Source: Zootoca vivipara
Taxonomy: Eukaryota
DNA length: 64,000 bases
NCBI RefSeq assembly: GCF_963506605.1
Contig: NC_083282.1
Coordinates: 15,252,001-15,316,000 of the forward strand
Direction: 5' to 3'
The position numbers and the translations under genes were made by a program. Below are positions 53,252 to 63,846 of the stretch, one piece after another. The notes under the pieces are model-generated. The model made no database searches and was not told where the DNA came from. It saw nothing but the letters and a program-made list of their open reading frames with translations. Positions within the stretch are counted from its first letter, which is position 1, and every line of letters starts with the position of its first letter.

Positions 53252-53564
53252 TATTATTATTTGAGGTGTTTTGTTTATGGATAAAGGTTACACAGTTAAT
53301 AAGATATCGAAAAAGAACAGATAAGTAATATTAAAACTTACTATGAAAACTGCAATTATTTATCAATTTATGGAATGCACTGTTTGAAACATTATCCATT
53401 AGGTGGATTGTTTATTGCTAGATTATATTTAAAAGGAGTCATGCTGACCTAATTTTCTGAAAACATTATCTTTATTAATTTTTTTCATCTTTCATTTTCC
53501 AGAGGATTAGCTCTGTTAGTCTGTTAGTCTGTTATAGGAAAAACAACTAACAACTAAACATTTT

Positions 53565-53640
53565 CATAGAATCCTAGAATTGTAGAGTTGGAGGGGACCC
53601 TGAGGGTCATCTAGTCCAACCACCTACAATGCAGGAATCT
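53565..53640 (-). mobile_element. CR1 LINE 3'-end fragment
   Basis: catagaatcctagaattgtagagttggaggggacc...ggtcatctagtccaacc is the reverse complement of a CR1 3' stem plus (ATTCTRTG)-like tail. Confidence 0.7.
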
Positions 53641-54608
53641 CAACACGCCATCCCCCATCCAATTTAAAACCATATCACACCCTGTTTAGCTTTGCAAATG
53701 TCCTAGCAGTTTTATTGCTGCACCACTAGGAGGTTGGCTTTTTTATGACATTTATTTAAGACATTTTTATGCCACCCGAAAGTTCTTTTGATGCACTAAA
53801 ATAAATTAAATAAAAAAGAAGTGAAAGACAAAGTAAAACATAAAAACACTTAAGGGGGAAGAAAGGGGGACATCCTATGCTCTTTTAAAATGTGCTTTTT
53901 TGTATGGTGGGGGCTATAGGGTTGTTCTTTTTATTTTTATTATGTATTTTGTGGTTTTATATCTTGATTTTATTCTGTGAACCGCCCTGAGACCCCCGGT
54001 TATAGCGCGGTATATAAATTCAATAAGAAGAAGAAGAAACCCACATGAACAAAAATACAATTTGCTGCTGCTCCCAAATTAAAAACAGAAGCCTAGGTTA
54101 TTTTAGTTATTTAATAGGAAGGTGTTCAGCTGCCACTGGGTAGAGTGGAGGAAACAAAGATGGTGTCAGGCAAGCCACCCTGGGAATTCGGTTACATAAG
54201 ATGGCTAAGGATCTACTGAAAAGGCCTTCTTTCTCACTTTATTTCTCCAGGGGTACTTGGAGCACGGCCTCTTAAAGAAGATCTTAAGTTTGGGTAGTCA
54301 GCACTTTGAATTGGGCCCAGAAACAGACTGGGAGCCAATACTACTGACAAATATTGTCAAAATTGCCTAGTCACAGAGAATTAACCAATTTTTTGATCTT
54401 TGGTATCCGCCGTAAGAGCTGGAAACACACTCCATTGTGTAGGAGGTTGGCAGCATTGGAGAGAGTCCAGATTCCCAAAGGTCAGTGTGCATTTAGCAGG
54501 AGAGATGGTAAAACTCAACTATACCAAAGCTGTGGATTTGCTGCAACATGGCAAAGAGCAGAACAGAGCCATCAGGAGAATCATGAAGCCAGGCTGTACA
54601 CTGTAGTG

Positions 54609-54953
54609 CATAGCTGCCAAGTCTCCCGTATTCCCCGGGAAACCCCCGTTTTTCCAGCTGTTCCCAGCCGAAAAAACTGATTTTTTTGTTTTTGCCCGGT
54701 TTATTCTGGCGCAGCGGCCATTTTGAAACTGGGCGGAGCATGATCAGAAGCGACTTTTGATGCTGCTCTGCCCAGTTCCACAATGGCTGCAGCGCGACTT
54801 CTGGTGCGGCGGCCATTTTGGAACTGGGCAAAGCAGCACCAAAAGTCACTTCTGAGCATGCTCCGCCCAGTTCCAAAATGGCGGCAGCGCTACTTCCGGT
54901 CTACTACTTCCGGCCCGATCCCTTATTTTTCAAGAAGGAACTTGGCAGGTATG
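54609..54953. mobile_element. Non-autonomous DNA transposon (hAT- or P-like termini) with an internal 77-bp inverted repeat
   Basis: TIR catagctgccaagt / acttggcaggtatg. Flanking repeat ctgtagtg at 54601-54608 and 54955-54962, with one extra G at 54954. Confidence 0.8.
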
Positions 54954-55145
54954 GCTGTAGTGGCTTACAGGCGTACATAAAGAATACCCTTCAAGAGATT
55001 ATTCTGAAGTTTCTTCAAGGCTTTAGCAGGGTGTACTAAACGACTAAACAACAACAACAACATGATGCTACATCTTTTTGTGACACGAAACTCATAATGT
55101 TGAGACTATCCAAGCATCCATGTTCAGCTCCCTGGTCCATACATA

Positions 55146-55571
55146 CTGGTGACTGGGAGCGGCCGCCAAGACCACATAACACCAGTCTTGAAAGACCTAC
55201 ATTGGCTCCCAGTACGTTTTGGAGCATAATTCAAAGGGTTGGTGCTGACCTTTAAAGCCCTAAACAGCCTCGGTCCAGTATATCTGAAGAAGTATCTCCA
55301 CCCCCATCATTCTACCCAGACACTGAGATCCAGCACCGAGGGCCTTCTGGCGGTTCCCTCGCTGCGATAAGCCAAGTTACAGGGAACCAGGCAGAGGGCC
55401 TTCTCAGTAGTGGCACCCGCCCTGTGGAACGCCCTCCCACCAGAGAACAACTACTACCAGACTTTTAGAAGACATCTGAAGGCAGCCCTGTTTAGGGAAG
55501 CTTTTAATGTTTGATGGATTAGTGTATTTTAATATTTTGTTGGAAGCCACCCAGAGTGGCTGGGCGGGGTA

Positions 55572-55614
<43 letters not shown>

Positions 55615-55639
55615 ATTATTATTATTATTATTATTTATT
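55146..55639 (+). mobile_element. L2-clade LINE 3' fragment with a (TAAA)n/(TTA)n tail
   Basis: Same family as 45381-46774. Confidence 0.92.
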
Positions 55640-58279
55640 AGGTTCTCTGTATTGGTGGCAAAAATAAGTGATTTGTGCTATGCTACATATAATACAATAT
55701 ATATGCACATACTCTGACGTATGCAAAATATAAATGTATAGTTCCTAGAAGAACTAGGGCAGAAGCAATGTGGTTTAAATGTATGGTGTGTACATGACTT
55801 AAGAGTCACCCTAAAGGCTAACTATTTTTTGTGACTATTGTGACCTATCACAAGAACCTACTGAGTCAGATGCATGTTTTTAGAAATCTGATTCCAGTTA
55901 CTACTTTTGCTTAAAGAAAGATTAATGTTCAAGATTCAAGCACTGAATAAAAAACTTCACATTGCTCCAAATTATTTTTTTTATATTTCTACAGCTGCTT
56001 TAGACACGTGAGATTTTGAGATCCATCCTGCAAAACAAATACACTCTCAAAGGTATCATCATATTTCTGAAAAGATTTCAGTGCTCAGTGTAATACATCC
56101 TGCGCATCATCTTCATTCCTAATATAAAATATTTAAGTTTATGTGTGTGGACAAAAAGCAACAACCACCTTATTCTCTTTAAAGAACCAGGAACACACAC
56201 ACTGAATGAGTTTAACAGAGTTGAAAATGGACCATTTCCTTGGCAAAAGCAATTGTTTTGAAACTTTCTGGAACTGAGTTGAGATCTACAATGTTGGGGG
56301 GGCACCCTAAGAACAAGCATGCCTGGAAATGACTGCCTGCTAGATATCAAATGGGGCGGGGGGGGGGATGTTACTGAGAAAAACAGACCTTTGGGAACCA
56401 ATCTTATCGCAAAGCACAAGGGCTGCCGCTGCTGATATTATTATAGTTGTCTAAAGCATTTGATGTCATTGTTCAGTGCATTCTGCAACGCTGTCAGGTT
56501 TTGACTGGGAATGTTTTCGTCTGATTCCACCGTTACCTGACAAGACATTATACTGCAGTCTAATGCTAGAGATATGTGTGGTTTGATGTTGCACTCACAG
56601 TGGGTTACCACCAAAGCAGTTTCACCGAGCTGCAACCCTAAAGGGAAACCTGAGGAGGAAGAGAATTCTCATTTCTGGCAGAGATGAAGCAGTGCATAGA
56701 AAGATGATGTGTAGGGAGCCAACGTGATGGGTTGGTGAATGTGGGACCGGTGCAGATACCTGATCTTCCCAAGAGATTTTAGTTTGGAGGTGCAGATGAG
56801 AAGGAATAGAATTTCACAAAGTTTGAGAAACGCCGATTTGAGATCCAAGTAATATAACAATACTTTAGGTTGGGGGTACGTACAAAAATGTTTAGGGGAA
56901 ATGGTCCTGATTTCAAAATACTTAAGAAATACCGATTCTAATACCAGTTAACATTTACTGCAACATGTTTACATACTCATTAGTTGTACAATCACCTAGC
57001 ATTTATCTAGACAGCGCTAGCAAATTCATGGATTAAAAAGGTAGCCTAAAGTTTTAATTCTTAATGTGACTACCAAACACTATTGCCTCCAGTACTATTG
57101 CTTCCAGCTTCAATGCTGATACTGCTATTGTGTTTGTTCAAGTGAAAGAAGCTATTGCAAATCACATTGCTATTTGGGTTTCATCCAAGACTACTTAGTC
57201 TTCAAATTCATACAATCCAAGTGAGCAATCTTAAAACAGTGTATCATTCAAGAATATCTCTCTATAGTCCTCAGCAGTTCCAAACAATATAAATTATTAT
57301 GCTCAAGTACTCTCAGCAATTTTGTACAATCATATAGAACAGGTGTGGGGACTCCCTTGCCCAGTCTTAGTCTGCCAGAGGGCTCAAATTTGGCCCCTGA
57401 GGCCATTTTTTAAAACCACGCCCACCTGCCAATCAACTGATGTCACTCTGATGGAGGTGATGCCACCTGATGGGTGGGGGTTGATTCTGCTGGGAACTGG
57501 CGCATGCAGTCAAACTGAGCATGATTTAACCACACTCATTAGCCAGAGGTCCACAGAAAAGCACAAGGCTATTTGAAAGCACTTTTGCAAGCAGCTGAGT
57601 ACTGATCTTCAAACCTCTGAAAACTGGAGATTCAAACAGCAATGCATAACAGTTTGCATAAGGGCTTTCGAACAACTTCGCACTGCACTTTGAAGTGCCT
57701 CCAGTGGGAATTTTAAAGCACAGTTGATGTCGCTAGGATATTGAAAGGTGGGCAAGCTCTCTAGGGGTGAGGAGAGAAGGGTTCAGCCCACAAGCTAGAA
57801 AAGGTTTCCCACCCCAATACAGAATATGGGGAAGATTTATCATGTCGATACATGAAGTCCAGGATTTCAAAAACTAAATTCAAGAAAATCACCTGACATC
57901 TAAGCAACTCTGAGATCATGTCCAGAAATGATAAACTATAATTTTGCTAGATGTGAAAAGGCCTAAGCTCCTCCCAGGCTTGTCTGTCCTGCTCCCTCCT
58001 TTTCCTACTGTGTCATTAAGAGGATTTCTCAAGTTTCACATGTCATCTGAACTGCGAACTGTGGTTAACATTAACTATTCATATTTTAAGCAGGTTGGCT
58101 TCAGAAACCACAGTTTGACATTGGTTTAGTTTAATCTAGCAATAATCACAGATCACAGTTCAGGTGACATGGCAAGCCATGCAAGCTACAAGCAGAAACT
58201 TTGTCATGTTAACGACTGTTAGTTAGTCCAGACAATATAACAAATTTTCACTAAAAGCAGAAGCTTCCAAATTCCTGTC

Positions 58280-58752
58280 CAGGGCCGTCTTAAGCCCATC
58301 CAGCGCCCTGGTGCTAAGGTCCCTCCAGCGCCCCCCTCCAGAGCCTCTCCAAGGACCCCTGAGTGCCAAGCGGACCGCGGCAGCAGTGGGAGGCCACCTC
58401 TGAGGACTCCGCGCTGCGCCTCCTTCTCGTTTCCCTAGCGCTGGGTTCCGCTCAGTCAAGCTTCGCCAACAGCGCGCGCACCGCGGGACCAGCAGGAGCT
58501 GCTTGGGCGCTGTGCGCGCGCTGGTGGTGAAGCTTGACTGAGCAGAACCCAGCGCTGGGGAAACGAGAAGGAGGCGCAGCGCGGAGTCCTCGGAGAAGGA
58601 GAGAGACGCAGCGCAGCCTCTCAGCCCGTGGAGCACAGTCCTCCTGGCCAGATCGCCGGAACCCTGCGCTCACTTGGCGCCCTTCCAGCGCCCTCCAGCA
58701 CCTGGCGCCGTGGTTCTCCGCACCACTAGCCTCTATGGCTAGGACAGGCCTG
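58280..58752. mobile_element. hAT-type non-autonomous element with a GC-rich internal inverted repeat
   Basis: Imperfect TIR cagggccgtctta / taggacaggcctg. 8-bp TSD ttcctgtc at 58272-58279 and 58753-58760. Confidence 0.85.
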
Positions 58753-59872
58753 TTCCTGTCACCCTGTGGGGGTAGGAGGGAGAATGATGCCTTGGAACGG
58801 GGGTTGTGCTTTACCATAGTTTTGTGTGATATCCACATGCCCTTAGAGAAATATCCTGATGATAAAGTAATCTGCAAGCACTTAAATATATTTCTTGTAT
58901 TTGACAGACTACTTACTGTATTGCTCAAAATCAACTGTACCGCTTCCTTATTCATGCAAATCCATCTACTTGATTTGCAAAACACCAATTATTCTACCTA
59001 AAACAAAATGTTCACACCTTTGCTTAATTCAGGAAACTTTGACAAAGTTGCTTTTAAAGCAAAGTAATTGTCTCTGCCTAATTCTGGAAACTGTCAAAAC
59101 ACCGCCGGCTGGATTATGAAGCTTATGAGAATGCTCAAAAATAACTCTTTCTAATTAATGAAGTGACCAGAGGAATGGCTTAATTCCTTAGCTAGTAAAT
59201 AGGTTCCATGCTAATATCATGACTAGACAAGGTTATCCTTCCTGAATATATTTAACAATTTCAAAAATGTGTGACATTTATAATGTAACATTTGTATTTG
59301 ACTGAACTACTAATACACCACACAGTCTCCAAATACTCTTTATTGACTTTCTTAACTTTGTTTTGCGGGGGTTGTATTGGCACATCAGGGTTTCCCTTCC
59401 TCACCCCCACCCCCCATCCCACCCCAATGTGTGCTGAAAATCACTTCCAGGGGTAAACCCATTTTGAGGGTGTGCAGGGTGCTAGAAGGGATGGGAAACG
59501 AAATTCTGCTGTGAGCACTGAAATCCATTGTGCAAGCAAAATTGTAGAGTTGGATATGGCCTACTGTTTTGGTGACTTTTAGTATCTGATTTCTGAAATA
59601 ATTGCTACTGTGACATTCTCACTACCTCATTTTGCTCACAGATGCCTGAACAATTTTATCACTTTATATTCCCACCCTAACCATTTTGTTCATATTATGT
59701 TCTTCACTACGATTTGTCTTTCTTGAGCTGACTATCCCTGATGTATATATTAGATTGCATGTCCCTTGAATTGGGGAATGGCATACCTGTTCATTGTAAA
59801 GTGAACATGATTTTTTTTTTTAAAAAAAAATCCTTCCAGTAGCACCTTAGAGACCAACTAAGTTTGTCATTG

Positions 59873-59910
59873 GTATGAGCTTTCGTGTGCATGCATACTT
59901 CTTCAGATAC
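59873..59910 (-). ncRNA. Minimal type I hammerhead ribozyme motif in the PLE pLTR
   Basis: Minus strand GTAT-CTGAAGA-A-GTATGCATGCACAC-GAAA-GC-TC-ATAC gives stem I GUAU/AUAC, the CUGANGA and GAAA cores, stem II and a palindromic AGCU stem III. PLEs are known to carry such minimal hammerheads. Confidence 0.78.
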
Positions 59911-60159
59911 ACTGAAACAGAAGTCACCAGACCCTTATATATAGTGGGAGGGTGGGGAGGGGTATTACTCAGAAGGGTGGTGGGAATGGGTGATTGGCTG
60001 ATAGCTGTGGTAAACCTGTTGACAACTGTTAATGACTGCAATTGGTCTTACAGGAAAAAGCAAGGGGTGAGATGGCTAAAAATAGCTTTATCATGTATAA
60101 TGAGATAAGAATCCAATGTCTCTATTCAGACCAGGTCTCTCCATGGTTTTAAGTTTGGT

Positions 60160-61579
60160 TGTTGTTGTTGTTTAGTCGTTTAGTCGTGTCCGACTCTTCG
60201 TGACCCCATGGACCATAGCACGCCAGGCACTCCTGTCTTGCACTGCCTCCCGCAGTTTGGTCAAACTCATGTTCGTAGCTTCGAGAACACTGTCCAACCA
60301 TCTTGTCCTCTGTCGTCCCCTTCTCCTAGTGCCCTCAATCTTTCCCAAAATCAGGGTCTTTTCCAAGGATTCTTCTCTTCTCATGAGGTGGCCAAAGTAT
60401 TGGAGCCTCAGCTTCACGATCTGTCCTTCCAGGGAGCACTCAGGGCTGATTTCCTTAAGAATGGATAGGTTTGATCTTCTTGCAGTCCATGGGTCTCTCA
60501 AGAGTCTCCTCCAGCACCATAATTCAAAAGCATCAATTCTTCGGCAATCAGCCTTCTTTATGGTCCAGCTCTCACTTCCATACATCACTACTGGGAAAAC
60601 CATAGCTTTAACTATATGGACCTTTGTCGGCAAGGTGATGTCTCTGCTTTTTAAGATGCTGTCTAGGTTTGTCATTGCTTTTCTCCCAAGAAGCAGGCGT
60701 CTTTTAATTTCGTGACTGCTGTCACCATCTGCAGTGATCAAGGAGCCCAAGAAAGTAAAATCTCTCACTGCCTCCATTTCTTCCCCTTCTATTTGCCAGG
60801 AGGTGATGGGACCAGTGGCCATGATCTTGGTTTTTTTGATGTTGAGCTTCAGACCATATTTTGCGCTCTCCTCTTTCACCCTCATTAAAAGGTTCTTTAA
60901 TTCCTCCTCGCTTTCTGCCATCAAGGTTGTGTCATCTGCATATCTGAGGTTGTTGATATTTCTTCCGGCAATCTTAATTCCGGCTTGGGATTCATCTAGT
61001 CCAGCCTTTCGCATGATGAATTCTGCATATAAGTTAAATAAGCAGGAAGACAATATACAGCCTTGTCGTACTCCTTTCCCAATTTTGAACCAATCAGTTG
61101 TTCCATATCCAGTTCTAACTGTAGCTTCTTGTCCCACATAGAGATTTCTCAGGAGACAGATGAGGTGATCAGGCACTCCCATTTCTTTAAGAACTTGCCA
61201 AAGTTTGCTGTGGTCGACACAGTCAAAGGCTTTTGCATAGTCAATGAAGCAGAAGTAGACGTTTTTCTGGAACTCTCTAGCTTTCTCCATAATCCAGCGC
61301 ATGTTTGCTATTTGGTCTCTGGTTCCTCTGCCCTTTCGAAATCCAGCTTGCACTTCTGGGAGTTCTCGGTCCACATACTGCCTAAGCCTGCCTTGTAGAA
61401 TTTTAAGCATAACCTTGCTAGCGTGTGAAATGAGCGCAATTGTGCGGTAGTTGGAGCATTCTTTGGCACTGCCCTTCTTTGGAATTGGGATGTAGACTGA
61501 TCTTCTCCAATCCTCTGGCCATTGCTGAGTTTTCCAAACTTGCTGGCATATTGGGTGTAGCACCAATATGTAGCACCAA
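60160..61579 (-). mobile_element. Young Bov-B LINE, 5'-truncated, with an intact 464-codon RT frame, inserted in the PLE
   Basis: ORF 60172..61566 contains IPIPKKG..KECSNYRTIAL, FIDYAKAFD, GVRQGC and YADD. (CAA)n tail. TSD taagtttggt at 60150-60159 and 61580-61589. Confidence 0.97.
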
Positions 61580-62341
61580 TAAGTTTGGTAATAAGTTGCA
61601 ATTCAGCAACTTCTCTTTCCAGTCTATTTCTGAAATTCTTTTGTAAGAAGACAGCTACTTTGAGATCGTGTATAGAATGTCCAGGGAGATTGAAGTGTTC
61701 TCCTACTGGTTTCTCTGTCTTGTGATTCCTGATGTCAGATTTATGTCCATTTATCACTTGGCGTAGGTTTTGGCCTGTTTGTCCTATATAGAGAGCTGAT
61801 GGGCACTGCTGGCATTTGATGGCATGCATAATGTTAGAAGATGAGTAATTAAATAGTCCTGAGATGGTATGTTTGATGTTGTTGGGGCCAGTAATGGTGT
61901 TGTCTGGGTGTATGCGGCAGCAAAGTTGGCATCTGGGTTTACTGCAGGCTCTGGTACCAATGCTAAGTCTGGTAGTTGCATTATTGTGGGTGAGGAGTTG
62001 TTTAAAATTGGGTGGCTGTCTGTAGGCAATGAAAGTTTTTCCTCCCAGAGCTTGAGACAGAGAACTGTCATTGTCTAGGAGAGGTTGTAGGTCTCTGATG
62101 ATGCGCTGTACTGTTTTAACTTGGGAGCTGTATGTGATTACTAGTGGTGTTCTGTTATTCTCTTTTTTGGGGTGTGTCTTGCAGCAAGTTCTCACTGGGT
62201 ATCAGTCTGGCTCTGTTGATCTGTTGTTTAACTTCATCAGGCGGATATTTTAGTTCTAAAAAGGTTTGCTGTAGATCTATTAGGTGAGAGTCTCTGTCTG
62301 TAGAGTTGGAACAGCTGCAGCTGTAACATAGGGCCTGCCTA

Positions 62342-63846
62342 CCGTGTTTCCCACATTTTAAGACACCGTCTTATAATGATTTTACTCAAGAAAATAAGCC
62401 TATGGCTTATTTTCGGGGGGTGTCTTAGTGGTTCCTGCCTCCTCCTGCCGCGGCCGGCGTTGCTGCTGCTGGGCTGGCAGCACCCTGCGAAGTCAGGAGA
62501 AGCCAGCCAGACCGCTGGGGGGTTTAGAAAAAACGTCCGGAGCGCGTCCCAATGGCAGTGCTCCTCCTCACCTAATGGCAGTGCTCCTCATGTGCCGCAA
62601 AAGCCACTAAACAACTGGGGGGGGGTAGAAAGGCAGCCGGAGCGCAGCCCGATAGCAGCGCTCCTCACGCACCACAAAAAGGACACAGAAAGCTGCCGGA
62701 CAGGGGGCTAAAAAGCAGTGAAGCAACGGCCACAGCTTTAAATGGCTCGCAACGCCCCCCTCGCCGTCGCTAGGGCTGCCGAGGCTGGATTGTGCCTTTC
62801 ATCCCGCGCCTGCGCTGCGCGCCGGATTTTGCCCAATCCATCGGGGAGCAGGGAGCGCTCAGAATCTGGCAAGGGGGGGTCTCTCTTCCCATTCGGGCGC
62901 CTGAGCATTGCCGCTTGAAAGGCTGGAGGCTCTCGGCAAGGTGGTCTAGAGGAGCGATCGCGGAGCGCTCCTCTCTGCAGCTGCCGGTTGCGGTGGCGGG
63001 CGGCAGACAAAAAAAAAAGAGGCCAGGCTGCTGCGCTCCGCCCAGCGCTGCAGGGCGCTCCGAGCGCTTGGCGCTGCGGAGCGCTCCTCTTTGCAGCTGC
63101 CGGTTGCGGTGGCGGGCGGCAGACCAAAAAAAAAAAAGAGGCCAGGCTGCTGCGCTCCGCCCAGCGCTGCAGGGCGCTCCGAGCGCTTGGCGCTGCGGAG
63201 CGCTCCTCTTTGCAGCTGCCGGTTCCGGTGGCGGGGCGGCAGGCAAAAAAGAAAAAAAAGAGGCCAGGCCGCTGCGCTCCGCCTGGCGCTGCGGAGCGCT
63301 CCGCTCTGCAGCCGCCAGTTCCGGTAGCGGGGCGGCAGGCTGCCTCGGGCAGGGAAAAAAAGAGAAGCTAGGCTGCTGGCTCGGGCGCGCGGAGCACCCC
63401 GAGCCTCTGAGAGCCAGCAGGACGAGGAGGAGGCTTGCCGGGTCGTCGCCCAGCAGCGCGCGCGGAGCGCCCCGAGCCTCCGGCAGCCAGCAGCAGCAAC
63501 AACAATCCCAGAGGCTCGGGGCGCTCCGCGCGCGCTGCTGGGCGACGACCCGGCAAGCCTCCTCCTCGTTCTGCTGGCTCTCAGAGGCTCGGGGTGCTCC
63601 GCGCACACTGCTGGATGCCGACCTGGCAAGCCGCCTCCTGCTCTTGCCGGCTCCCAGAGGCTCGGGGCACTGCACCATGCCTCAGCCCCCACAGCACTGA
63701 GCGCGCCTCCTTCGCCTCCTCTTCCCTCAGCGGTCTCGCTCCTCGGAGGTATGGCTTATTTTCGGGGTATGGCTTGTATTTCCTGAACGCTTAAAATCCT
63801 GCTATGGCTTATATAATGACTACGTCTTAAAATAGGGGAAACACGG
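62342..63846. mobile_element. 1.5-kb non-autonomous Tc1/mariner (Tc2-like) element with a CpG-rich tandem and inverted-repeat interior, inserted in the PLE
   Basis: TA|ccgtgtttccc..attttaagac...gtcttaaaataggggaaacacgg|TA, with subterminal tatggcttattttcgggg repeats. The PLE sequence rejoins across the TA. Confidence 0.9.

Noticed and set aside
51170-53480. Possible old L1/CR1-type remnants (also about 12110-12530 and 26680-27180)
   Set aside because: They are too degenerate to assign a family or boundaries without a library search.
58223-59001. ORFs of 137-178 aa
   Set aside because: They span the GC-rich hAT element and its flank, and mirror its inverted repeat.
61308-62195. 295-aa ORF as a novel GIY-YIG fusion gene
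   Set aside because: It is a chance read-through from the decayed PLE endonuclease into an alternative frame of the inserted Bov-B. The first GIY-YIG motif is mutated and the upstream PLE frame is broken.
62961-63385. CRISPR-like repeat-spacer array
   Set aside because: The whole units repeat with no unique spacers, the context is a vertebrate intron and there are no cas genes.
62738-63794. Long overlapping ORFs of up to 302 aa on both strands
   Set aside because: They are a by-product of a stop-poor GC-rich repeat array inside a MITE. The peptides are low-complexity and repetitive with no transposase motifs.
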